Below are positions 1-7,709 of a stretch of 14,383 nt of DNA, piece after piece. Under the pieces are notes generated by a model. That model had not been told where the DNA came from. It worked only from the letters and a program-made list of their open reading frames with translations, and did not search any database. The position numbers and the translations under genes are program-made. Position 1 is the first letter of the stretch. Every line of letters starts with the position of its first letter. Origin of the DNA: a bacterium (GTDB lineage Bacteria > Hinthialibacterota > Hinthialibacteria > Hinthialibacterales > Hinthialibacteraceae). The stretch lies in assembly GCA_041946805.1 (NCBI GenBank), contig JBHGBC010000159.1, positions 1 to 14,383 on the forward strand. Direction: 5' to 3'.

Positions 1-87
1 AGGGAATTTGGGATTGATCTCCCGAACCAGTCTGATTGAGAACGGGCCGCGTTTTCGGAGAGAAAGTACGCACTTGCCGGATGAACC
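1..87. mobile_element. 3' part of composite MITE-like repeat unit (truncated by window edge)
   Basis: Begins AGGGAATTTGG (tail of the REP-A hairpin, as at 8801 and 11334) and ends GTACGCACTTGCCGGATGAACC (66-87). The reverse complement of 66-87 matches 8677-8698 at 19/22 positions. Spacing between the two motifs is within 1 nt of that in the two full copies. Confidence 0.65.
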
Positions 88-131
88 TTCTTTTCCAAAG
101 GAACAATCCAATCGCTTTTTAAGGAGAATCC

Positions 132-662
132 ATGACCTTCCCATCAGTATCCGATCCGGTTGAAACCTTGCAGGCGGCGTTGCCCGGGATTTATGACGCG
201 GCGGTGGAGAAAGCCGTGGAGTTCCGGGGCGAGTTGACATTGTACATCAAGCCGGAGTACGTAACTCAAGTCTGCCAAGCGCTGCGGGACCATCCGGATC
301 ATCGCTTCGACATGATTTCGGACTTGACGGCGGTGGACCACTTGCGGGAAATGCAGGACGTCGAGCCGCGTTTTCACGTGGTGTATCACCTCTTTTCCAC
401 GAAGACCAAGAAGCGCTTGCGGTTGAAAGCGCCGGTGTGGGAGAACCGTCCGGAGATCGACTCGGTGACGCCGGTCTGGTGCGGGGCCAACTGGCATGAG
501 CGCGAGTGTTATGACCTGTTCGGCATCGTGTTCAAGGGCCATCCCGATCTGCGGCGGATTCTGATGCCGGCGGATTGGGAGGGGCATCCCCTGCGCAAGG
601 ATTATCCGGTCAACGACCAGGAAGTGTATGAATATATCGGCAAGCAATTGGCGGATGAGTAG
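132..662 (+). CDS. nuoC: NADH-quinone oxidoreductase subunit C
   Basis: 176 aa with ELT, DLTAVD, ANWHERECYDLFGIVFKGHPDLRRILMPADWEGHPLRKDYP complex I 30-kDa subunit signature; AAGGAG RBS at 121-126; adjacent to nuoD. Confidence 0.96.
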   Translation: MTFPSVSDPVETLQAALPGIYDAAVEKAVEFRGELTLYIKPEYVTQVCQALRDHPDHRFDMISDLTAVDHLREMQDVEPRFHVVYHLFSTKTKKRLRLKAPVWENRPEIDSVTPVWCGANWHERECYDLFGIVFKGHPDLRRILMPADWEGHPLRKDYPVNDQEVYEYIGKQLADE

Positions 663-707
663 GGCGTGAGATCATCAAGACAAATAAGGTGGTGGTGAAA
701 AGGCCCT

Positions 708-741
708 CCCTCACCCTGGCCCTCTCCCAGAGGGAGAGGGA
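708..741 (+). repeat. REP-like palindrome, family A (CCCTCACCCT.GCCCTCTCCC...GGGAGAGGG)
   Basis: CCCTCACCCTGGCCCTCTCCCAGAGGGAGAGGGA; perfect CCCTCTCCC/GGGAGAGGG hairpin; six copies in the window. Followed by a terminal-repeat-like motif GCACGAATTTTCCGGATGAATC at 796-817. Confidence 0.85.
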
Positions 742-904
742 ATCAGGTGAATTGACGGCCGGATCGTTTGAATAACGATCCACCTCCTGAAAAAAGCACG
801 AATTTTCCGGATGAATCATAAACAATTCAAAGGTGTAGAAGCAGGCGGGCAATCACCGATGACGGACAACAACCGCACGATTTGTCGACCAAGGATGCTG
901 ACAT

Positions 905-2131
905 ATGACCTATAAGTTGGAGTTTGAGGCGGATACCCGGCTTACCGAGGCGCTTAAGGACAGCCATTCCGAGCACATGATCCTGAACATGGGCCCGCAG
1001 CATCCCAGCACGCACGGGGTTTTGCGGCTGGTGCTGGAGTTGGATGGGGAAGAGATCGTCAACGTGATCCCCGATCTCGGCTATTTGCACCGGGGGATGG
1101 AGAAACTGGCCGAGGAGAAGGGGTATCACCGCTTTATTCCGTTCACGGACCGGCTGGATTATCTTTCGCCGATGTCGAACAACACGGCGGTATGCCTGGC
1201 GGTGGAGAAGCTGATCGGGATCGAAGCGCCGCTCCGCGCCCAGTACTTGCGGGTGATTTTGTGCGAGCTGGCGCGGATATCCTCACACTTGTTGTGGCTG
1301 GGAACCTGCGCCTTGGACATCGGGGCGATGTCGGTGTTCTTGTACACGTTCCGGGAGCGGGAGACGATCTACGACATTTTCGAGGACATTTGCGGCGCGC
1401 GCTTCACGGTGTCGTACATGCGCGTGGGGGGCGTGTCGGTGGATGTGCCTCCGTACTTCGTCAAACGGGTGCAGGATTTCCTGGACGATTTCGGCCGGAA
1501 GATCGGCGAATACGAAACCCTGCTGACCGAGAATCCCATCTGGCGCATGCGCACGGAAGGCATCGGGGTGATCTCGGCGGAACGGGCCGTCGAATACGGC
1601 CTCACGGGGCCATGTTTGCGGGGCAGCGGGGTGGATGTGGACCTGCGGCGGGATAATCCCTACCTGGTGTACGACCGGCTGGATTTCGATGTCCCGCTGG
1701 GAGAGAAGGGGGACACCTACGACCGTTACCGGGTGCGCATGGAAGAGATGCGGCAGGCGCGGCGGATCATCCAGCAGGCGCTGCGGGACCTGCCGGACGG
1801 GCCCATCAAGGTGGATGACAACAAAATTTCGTTTCCCGAGCGATCGACGATCAAGACCTCGATGGAAGCGTTGATCCACCATTTCCTGCTGGCCTCGGAA
1901 GGGGTGAAGGCCCCGGCGGGCGAGGTGTACATGGCGGTGGAGGCGCCGAAGGGCGAATTGGGATTTTACGTGGTGGGCGACGGCTCGGCGTACCCCAAGC
2001 GGATGCGCATCCGCTCGCCGTCCTTCGTGAACTTGTCGGCGCTGCCCGAGATGTGCCGGGGGCATATGATCGCCGACGTGGTGGCGATCATCGGGACGAT
2101 CGACCTGGTGCTGGGCGATTGCGACCGGTGA
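905..2131 (+). CDS. nuoD: NADH-quinone oxidoreductase subunit D
   Basis: 408 aa; LNMGPQHPSTHGVLRL, GYLHRGMEK, DRLDY, EAPKGELG, RIRSPSF and C-terminal GDCDR motifs of the complex I 49-kDa subunit. Confidence 0.97.
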   Translation: MTYKLEFEADTRLTEALKDSHSEHMILNMGPQHPSTHGVLRLVLELDGEEIVNVIPDLGYLHRGMEKLAEEKGYHRFIPFTDRLDYLSPMSNNTAVCLAVEKLIGIEAPLRAQYLRVILCELARISSHLLWLGTCALDIGAMSVFLYTFRERETIYDIFEDICGARFTVSYMRVGGVSVDVPPYFVKRVQDFLDDFGRKIGEYETLLTENPIWRMRTEGIGVISAERAVEYGLTGPCLRGSGVDVDLRRDNPYLVYDRLDFDVPLGEKGDTYDRYRVRMEEMRQARRIIQQALRDLPDGPIKVDDNKISFPERSTIKTSMEALIHHFLLASEGVKAPAGEVYMAVEAPKGELGFYVVGDGSAYPKRMRIRSPSFVNLSALPEMCRGHMIADVVAIIGTIDLVLGDCDR

Positions 2132-2145
2132 GGAGAGATCCAATT

Positions 2146-2180
2146 CACCGCCGAGACGCAGAGGACGCGGAGTTTTTTTT
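2146..2180 (+). repeat. short imperfect ~9-bp-period triple repeat (CGCCGAGA CGCAGAGGA CGCGGAG) followed by T8
   Basis: Seen directly downstream of the nuoD stop. Confidence 0.5.
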
Positions 2181-2208
2181 ATTAAGCTATACAGGGTGAA
2201 CCAATCTG

Positions 2209-2230
2209 GCAGGCGGGACGCCTGCGTTAC
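2209..2230 (-). repeat. GTAR-type REP-like palindrome
   Basis: Minus strand reads GTAACGCAGGCGTCCCGCCTGC: GTAA(G)-like tetranucleotide plus a GCAGGCG/CGCCTGC hairpin, between convergent nuoD and the uxuA-like gene. Confidence 0.6.
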
Positions 2231-2314
2231 GAGGCCTATTACCATGTCCCATATACCGGGGGGAATGATGATAGGTTACGCGCCGGCGCGAATCCATCCT
2301 CCGATAATCACTCC

Positions 2315-3427
2315 TCACGCGTACCGGATTCCCAGGGCGTCCATGATTCCCTTCATGTAGCCGATGGCCAACACCTTGCCTTGCATGGCGTAACCGGGCC
2401 GGTCGTTGGATTCGCCTTCCAGCGTGGGGGCGTGGTCGGGACGCATAGGGCCTTGGAAGCCGGACTCGCCATAGGCTTTGAGCATTTCGACCATGAGGGC
2501 CGGGTCCTGATCGTGAAACGTTTCCTGGAAATGTTCGCGCGTTCCCTCGACGTCGCGGTAGTGGACGAAGAAGATCTTTTTTTGCGCGCCCCATTCCCGC
2601 GCGAGGGCGGCGATGTCTTCGCCCATTAGTTTGAAATTGGCCTGGCAGAAGGTGACGCCGTTGATGGGGCTGGGCACGATCTCCATCACCCGGCGGTAAT
2701 TCGCCGCGCTGGTCAGGATCCGGCCGATGCCGCGCAGGGGGGAGATGGGCGGATCGTCCGGATGCAGCGCCATTTTGATCCCGGCTTTTTCGGCGGCGGG
2801 GATCACCGCTTTTTGAAAATACTCGAGGTTGTCCCAGATTTTTTCCTCGCTTAGTTCGCCCCACCGGGCCGGCCCTTGTTTTTCAGCCTCGGCGTAATCG
2901 AATTCGCTGGTCAACGCGCCGCCGCGTCCGGGAACATCGGTCTTGGTGCGGTACCAGCCCAGTCCCGCCATGAAGTTGTAGCAGATCATGGGAATGCCGG
3001 TTTCCGCCAACGCGGCGATGGCGGCGAGGTAGTTCTCGATCTCCTCGTCGCGGCCCGGCAGGCCCAGTTTGATCTTCTCGGCGGGGACAGGGTGGCTTTC
3101 CACGCCCGCGATGACCAGGCTTTCCGCGTCGAATTCCGCCTTGATTTTGGCCAGGGTCTCGCCGTATTGAGATCGCTCCACCCGCCGGAGCGCGGAATCC
3201 ACGCTGACGATGGCGTGGTTGATGCCGATCTGGCGGGCCAGGCGGATGCGTTCTTTCTGGCCGGAGTTCAAGATTTCCGCCAGTTGCACCAGGGCCTGAC
3301 CCGAGGACGGGGTTCCGGCCGCCGATGTTTCTCCCGCGGCGGCCGGCGTCCCGCGGGGCGCGAGTCCCGCCCCGGCCAGGCCGATCAGCGTGCCGCGCAG
3401 GCAATCCCGGCGTGTGAGTTTCGGCAT
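2315..3427 (-). CDS. uxuA: mannonate dehydratase (UxuA) family protein with twin-arginine leader
   Basis: ICYNFM, MALHPDDPP, GVTFCQ, HYRDV and MRPDHAP motifs of UxuA. Start reassigned to ATG at 3427 (MPKLTRRDCL...), preceded by a GGGAGG RBS. Substrate is not certain. Confidence 0.82.
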   Translation of the reverse strand: MPKLTRRDCLRGTLIGLAGAGLAPRGTPAAAGETSAAGTPSSGQALVQLAEILNSGQKERIRLARQIGINHAIVSVDSALRRVERSQYGETLAKIKAEFDAESLVIAGVESHPVPAEKIKLGLPGRDEEIENYLAAIAALAETGIPMICYNFMAGLGWYRTKTDVPGRGGALTSEFDYAEAEKQGPARWGELSEEKIWDNLEYFQKAVIPAAEKAGIKMALHPDDPPISPLRGIGRILTSAANYRRVMEIVPSPINGVTFCQANFKLMGEDIAALAREWGAQKKIFFVHYRDVEGTREHFQETFHDQDPALMVEMLKAYGESGFQGPMRPDHAPTLEGESNDRPGYAMQGKVLAIGYMKGIMDALGIRYA

Positions 3428-3553
3428 GAGAGACCTCCCGAGTATCGTGATTTGACAGGGCGGCCCTTGGTGTCCGCCCGAATTAATATCCTTCCGCATC
3501 ATGGTGGGGAGGGAAACGCCATTCCCCATCACGTACGCTCTTCCCGTAAGAAC

Positions 3554-4315
3554 CTATTTCTTTTCCGGAATCTCCTTGATCCGGATATTTCTATACCACA
3601 TTTCCTGAGGCGGGCCGCTGTGGCATTGCAGACCGATGATCCCAATCTGAGGAAGGGCTTCATCGGGCTCCGTATAGTCGGCGGTGGGCTGGCCGTTGAG
3701 CCAAAGTTGAACGCGCCGGCCCTCGCCGCGGATCACGTAGTCGTTCCAGTCCCCCTTTTTGACGTATTTTTCATTGGCCGCGGGATCGCCGGCCAGAATC
3801 CGGTCGCGCCGGGCATTGTCGAACAGGCACCCCCAGAATTTCCCGGGCGGGAAATTTTTGAACACGCCCAGATCGGCCTGGTAACCGGTCACCTGTTTAC
3901 TTTCCGGAAGCCGGCGGCTGCGGATCTGGATGCCGCCATTGGCTTCGTCGTCCTGGGTGGGGACGGCCTTGAATTGCAGGCGCAGTTCGAAATCGGCGAA
4001 TTCGATCCGGGTGCAGAGATACTCGCTTTCGGGGATGGATTTCGACCGGCCGCCGCCGGCCAGGCAACTGTTTTCGATCCGCCACACTTCCGCGTTGCCT
4101 TCCCAGCCGTTGAAGGTCTTCCCGTCGAATAACGAGACGAATCCATCCGCGTCCGGGATGGCGGACGCGACAGGCTTCCATCCGGGCCGGTCCTTGACAT
4201 TGGGACCGGAGAGATACGGGCCCGTGCCGAGATCCGCGGAGGCGGCGATGAATTCCAGATCCCCGATCGTCCCCACAAGCACGAACACCAGGGCAACACC
4301 GATTCGCATAAGCAT
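3554..4315 (-). CDS. DUF1080 (3-keto-disaccharide hydrolase family) secreted protein
   Basis: SLFDGKTFNGW, FADFELRLQFK, NGGIQIRS, GYQAD, GDWNDYVI, GIIGLQCH, YRNIRIKE motifs typical of DUF1080; hydrophobic N-terminus; GGAGG RBS. Confidence 0.9.
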   Translation of the reverse strand: MLMRIGVALVFVLVGTIGDLEFIAASADLGTGPYLSGPNVKDRPGWKPVASAIPDADGFVSLFDGKTFNGWEGNAEVWRIENSCLAGGGRSKSIPESEYLCTRIEFADFELRLQFKAVPTQDDEANGGIQIRSRRLPESKQVTGYQADLGVFKNFPPGKFWGCLFDNARRDRILAGDPAANEKYVKKGDWNDYVIRGEGRRVQLWLNGQPTADYTEPDEALPQIGIIGLQCHSGPPQEMWYRNIRIKEIPEKK

Positions 4316-4529
4316 GGCTGGCCTCCTGGAATGATAGGATTTTCCTGCCGCCTATCGTCAACCAGGGACAACCATAGCAGATGGAACGCGGATTGACTAT
4401 AGAGTGCGGCCATCCCCGGCCGGGGGCGCGCGGAAGGGGACTGCCATATCCTTGGAACGGCCAATTGGAATATGATTTTGGCGTATGATGAATCGATCAC
4501 GGATGGACAGACGAATGGGAGAATCAACC

Positions 4530-5429
4530 ATGATGGCAAATAACGGGATTTCCCGGCGGGATTTTGTCAAAGGCGCGGCGGCGTTGGGCTTGGCGGGATT
4601 GATCCGGATCCCGGCCCACGCGGCGGCGGATGCGTATCCAATCGGCTGCTACACGCGGCCCTGGGATAAATACGATTACCTGACGGCGCTGGACGCGATC
4701 GCCGAGGCGGGATTCGAATATGCCGGCATCATGACGGCCAAGGGGAAATCGTGGGTTATCATCACCCCCGAAACTCCGGTGGAAGAGGCCGCGAAAATCG
4801 GGGAAGAAGTGAAAAAGCGCGGTCTGAAGGCGCTGTCGGTGTACGGGGACTTCTCCGTGGCGGAATCGGTCGAAAAAGGCGTCCAAGCTCTCCGGCGCGT
4901 GATCGAAAACTGCGCGGCCTGCGGCTCGCCCAACCTGCTGCTGGGGGGCATCGGCGAGGAGAAACTGTACCAGGCCTACTACAAGGCCATCGCCGAATGC
5001 TGCGCCTACGCGGCGGAAAAACGCGTGGGTCTGAGCGTCAAACCGCACGGCGGACTCAACGCCACCGGGCCGCAGTGCCGCAAGGCCATCGAGCGGGTAA
5101 ATCACAAGAACTTCGGCCTGTGGTACGATCCCGGCAACATCTTTTACTATTCGGACGGGAAACTCGATCCCGTGGACGACGCCGCCACGGTGGACGGGCT
5201 GGTGGTGGGGATGAGCGTCAAGGATTTCCGCTTGCCCAAGGAAGTCATGGTCACGCCGGGAACGGGTATGGTGAATTTCGCCAAGGTCCTGGCGCGTCTC
5301 CAACAAGGCGGCTTTACCGGCGGGCCGTTGGTGGTTGAATGCCTGGAAGCCGGCGACCGGGCCAAGGTGACGGCCGAGGCCAAGAAAGCGTTACTATTCC
5401 TGCGCGAATTGACCGGTCAAAAGAAATAG
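4530..5429 (+). CDS. sugar phosphate isomerase/epimerase (AP_endonuc_2 / xylose isomerase-like TIM barrel) family protein with Tat leader
   Basis: SRRDFVKG twin-arginine motif plus AHA-A cleavage-like site; AEAGFEY, YDPGN, VKD, PGTGMVNF, GFTGGPLVVE pattern of this family. GGGAG RBS before ATG at 4530 (or 4533). Confidence 0.85.
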   Translation: MMANNGISRRDFVKGAAALGLAGLIRIPAHAAADAYPIGCYTRPWDKYDYLTALDAIAEAGFEYAGIMTAKGKSWVIITPETPVEEAAKIGEEVKKRGLKALSVYGDFSVAESVEKGVQALRRVIENCAACGSPNLLLGGIGEEKLYQAYYKAIAECCAYAAEKRVGLSVKPHGGLNATGPQCRKAIERVNHKNFGLWYDPGNIFYYSDGKLDPVDDAATVDGLVVGMSVKDFRLPKEVMVTPGTGMVNFAKVLARLQQGGFTGGPLVVECLEAGDRAKVTAEAKKALLFLRELTGQKK

Positions 5430-5501
5430 GATTCATCCGCGGTGAGAAAAATCCGGTGTAAAGATGGCTCAAAGCCCAGCCCCTTCCCACAGAGCGATTT
5501 C

Positions 5502-5548
5502 ATCCCCGAAGGGGATTCACCTGAGTAGCCGTAGGCTTTAACCGACGG
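5502..5548 (+). repeat. REP-like double-hairpin, family B
   Basis: ATCCCC-GAA-GGGGAT hairpin, short spacer, then GTAG and an imperfect CCGTAGG...CCGACGG hairpin. Same architecture occurs inverted at 11130-11172. Confidence 0.6.
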
Positions 5549-5556
5549 GAGGGATT

Positions 5557-5603
5557 TTCGACTTTTCCGCTTCCTCCTCCCAGGATCGGGGTAAATGAGG
5601 AGG
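5557..5603 (+). repeat. 47-bp degenerate direct repeat, copy 1 (CCTCCTC...GAGGAGG stem)
   Basis: 36/47 ungapped identity with 6237-6283. Confidence 0.65.
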
Positions 5604-5635
5604 GAGATAAGCTTGGCCGGGAACGCGAAACGATT

Positions 5636-5668
5636 TCCTCTCCCACTGGGAGAGGATCAGGGTGAGGG
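5636..5668 (-). repeat. REP-like palindrome, family A (reverse orientation)
   Basis: TCCTCTCCCACTGGGAGAGGATCAGGGTGAGGG is a reverse-complement variant of 708-741, with a compensatory T/A pair at the stem base. Confidence 0.8.
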
Positions 5669-5756
5669 AAACCGTGGAAGGACGCAAATCCTGCTCTATA
5701 ACTGGGCAATCGGGTAAATGGATACAAGAAACCATGAAAATTCATTCCGGGGGTCT

Positions 5757-5800
5757 TTGCACGCGTACTCGTTTTTGATATAAGAGGGGTGCTTTATAAT
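5757..5800 (+). promoter_or_regulatory. putative sigma70-type promoter(s)
   Basis: TTGCAC (5757-5762), 16 nt, TATAAG (5779-5784) preceded by TGn; also a perfect TATAAT at 5795-5800. Lies in an AT-rich patch of a GC-rich genome. Confidence 0.45.
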
Positions 5801-5813
5801 CGATTTATCGTTT

Positions 5814-5993
5814 GAGATGACCGCGGCATCAGTCAAAGAGGTCCAAAGAGAGGTTTTTCTCTCAGAAAAGAGACGCTGAACCGGAGTTGAAGACCGTTCA
5901 GCGGGCAGTAAATGGGGAACCACGAATTGGCCGTTGGGGAGGAAAGACGCCGCGGATTTCAAATGACCGCTCTTTTGAGCGGTTTTTATTTTT
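5814..5993 (+). ncRNA. candidate structured non-coding RNA, family unassigned
   Basis: Closing stem GAGAT..CCGCGGCATC (5814-5830) with GACGCCGCGGATTTC (5946-5960); internal hairpins at 5848-5863, 5874-5903 and 5913-5922; promoter-like sequence upstream and terminator downstream; no convincing ORF. Confidence 0.45.
5965..5993 (+). terminator. Rho-independent terminator
   Basis: ACCGCTC-TTTT-GAGCGGT hairpin (5966-5983) followed by TTTTATTTTT. Confidence 0.75.
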
Positions 5994-6100
5994 AAACAGT
6001 CAATGCGTATTTTTTGTGGCTTATTCGTCAAATGTGTGCTTTTTTCAAGCATGTCCATCTGCTTGTCAAACGGGCTGTTGGGGGAGATAAACCCCCAAAT

Positions 6101-6134
6101 TCCCTCTTCCCCTGGGAGAGGGTCAGAGTGAGGG
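6101..6134 (-). repeat. REP-like palindrome, family A (reverse, degenerate)
   Basis: TCCCTCTTCCCCTGGGAGAGGGTCAGAGTGAGGG, preceded by CCCCCAAAT (reverse complement of the ATTTGG(GG) tail seen in other copies). Confidence 0.75.
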
Positions 6135-6236
6135 AAACACGGAAAGGGTGGAATTCATCCTTTCTTTGCAATTGAGAAAATAAGTATTGCGGAGTATCCA
6201 CGCTTCTTTTTTGTCCCTTGCATCCCTCCCGTCCCG

Positions 6237-6283
6237 TTCGACCTTTTCAGTTCCTCCTCCGAAGTCCGGGATAGGTGAGGAGG
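6237..6283 (+). repeat. 47-bp degenerate direct repeat, copy 2
   Basis: 36/47 ungapped identity with 5557-5603. Confidence 0.65.
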
Positions 6284-6447
6284 ATCTCCGGGCAACTTTC
6301 CCGGCAAAATTTCTCAATCTCCGCCATCGTTTTTCGATCGTCTATTTCCGGCTATGATATGCGTGCTATCTCACCTTCCTGATACCCCATCAATTTTTAA
6401 TTCCAAAAATCAGATGTTTCCTAATATTGATAGAGGGAGGATCGATC

Positions 6448-7515
6448 ATGAGCCAATTTCGGAACCTGGTGTTCGAGGGGGGCGGGGTGAAAGGAATCGC
6501 GTACGCGGGCGCGCTGGAATTTTTGGACCGGCGCGGCGATCTCCTGCCGGAGATCCGGCGGGTGGCGGGGACTTCGGCGGGCGCGATCACTGCCGCCATC
6601 CTGGCCCTGGGCGCCGGGAGCCAGGAAATCGAAGAAATCGTGGGTGGAACCGATTTCCGGAAGTTCATGGACGACAGCTTCGGCCTGGTCCGGGACACGC
6701 AGCGCTTGTTGAACAGTTATGGCTGGTACAAGGGGGACGCTTTTTCGCAATGGATGCGCAAGCAGGTGTATGCCTTGAGCGGATCCCCGGACCTGACGTT
6801 GCGGGAACTGCGTGACAAGGCCCAGGCGGATCCAGTCCGCTGCAAGGAACTCTACATCATCGGGACCAATCTCTCCATGCAGGTTCCCGAAGTACTTTCA
6901 CACGAGATCTATCCGGACATGCCGGTGTGGAAGGCGGTGCGGGTTTCGATGAGCATCCCTCTCTTTTTCGCCGCGGTCTTCGAATACGCGGGGGTGTGGG
7001 TGGACGGTGGGCTGACCTGGAATTATCCGCTCGACCTGTTCGATGACCTGCGCTACATCGAGGATCCATCCCGGACCGAGACGTTCACGCGGGTTGATTA
7101 TCCCACCAAGTACCAGGAAAGCCATGTGTACAACAAGCAGACGCTTGGGTTCCGCGTGGACACGGAGGATGAGATCCGGGCGGAGAAGGAAGGGTGGCGG
7201 AAACCTCCGGCGGAGGTCAACAACTTTCTCGATTACATCAAGGTCCTGGTGGGGTGCATCACCGAGATGGCCAACAAGAGCCATTTGCATCAGAACGACT
7301 GGCACCGGACGGTGTTTATCGATGCCGGCGGCGTGAAGACCACGGAATTCAACCTGCCCCGGGAAAAAGTGGTCCAACTGGTGGAGAACGGCCGCAAGGG
7401 GGCGGAAGCCTATTTCCAATGGTTTGAAGATCCCGCCCAACAACCCCTCAACCGGGTAGAAAAAACGAATTCCGGCGACGCCACGCCGAAAACCACGCGC
7501 AAACGGCCGCGGTGA
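6448..7515 (+). CDS. patatin-like phospholipase (ExoU/VipD-like group)
   Basis: GGGVKG oxyanion loop, GTSAG nucleophile elbow, SMSIPLFF, DGG catalytic Asp; GAGGGAGG RBS before ATG at 6448. Confidence 0.93.
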   Translation: MSQFRNLVFEGGGVKGIAYAGALEFLDRRGDLLPEIRRVAGTSAGAITAAILALGAGSQEIEEIVGGTDFRKFMDDSFGLVRDTQRLLNSYGWYKGDAFSQWMRKQVYALSGSPDLTLRELRDKAQADPVRCKELYIIGTNLSMQVPEVLSHEIYPDMPVWKAVRVSMSIPLFFAAVFEYAGVWVDGGLTWNYPLDLFDDLRYIEDPSRTETFTRVDYPTKYQESHVYNKQTLGFRVDTEDEIRAEKEGWRKPPAEVNNFLDYIKVLVGCITEMANKSHLHQNDWHRTVFIDAGGVKTTEFNLPREKVVQLVENGRKGAEAYFQWFEDPAQQPLNRVEKTNSGDATPKTTRKRPR

Positions 7516-7684
7516 GACCATCTGGGAATTTTTATAAGGCTGGTCTTTCCTGTCCGCCCCAATGCCTTTTCGCCATCTCGTCCGCGCATCCCCGATGAAC
7601 CTGATTTACCGTTCCTGCATGAAAAAAAATCCATTTTTGCCCGATGATTTATTTTTCGGTTGTATGAGGGAGGATTTCAGGTAC

Positions 7685-7709
7685 AATGTCTACATCAGAT
7701 ATAGACATT
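7685..7709. promoter_or_regulatory. palindromic operator-like site upstream of cysH (Rrf2/CymR-like geometry)
   Basis: Perfect inverted repeat AATGTCTA-N9-TAGACATT, about 95 bp upstream of the APS reductase start. Regulator identity is an inference. Confidence 0.55.

Noticed and set aside
2187..2205. TATACAGGGTG, resembling an IS630/Tc1-type terminal repeat
   Set aside because: No matching inverted partner or transposase remnant found nearby.
3428..3532. N-terminal extension of the uxuA-like ORF to 3532 (also extensions to 4485 and 6427 for the TIM-barrel and patatin ORFs)
   Set aside because: Downstream ATGs have clear RBSs and place the Tat motifs or first conserved strand at the N-terminus.
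1283..4132. Long antisense ORFs (1283-2245, 2876-4132; similarly 4524-5306, 6898-7521, 7812-8477, 8895-9740, 10078-10959, 11509-12318)
   Set aside because: Shadow ORFs opposite well-supported genes, expected from GC-rich codon bias; no recognisable motifs.
5858..5880. TCTCTCAGAAAAGAGACGCTGAA resembles part of a glycine riboswitch
   Set aside because: Lacks the CUCUCAGG and GCCGAAGG cores and the expected order of elements; no glycine-related gene downstream.
5500..6317. Short ORFs in the 1-kb intergenic region (5500-5745, 5696-6058, 5887-6090, 6123-6317)
   Set aside because: Overlap repeats or the terminator, have atypical codon usage and no recognisable motifs.
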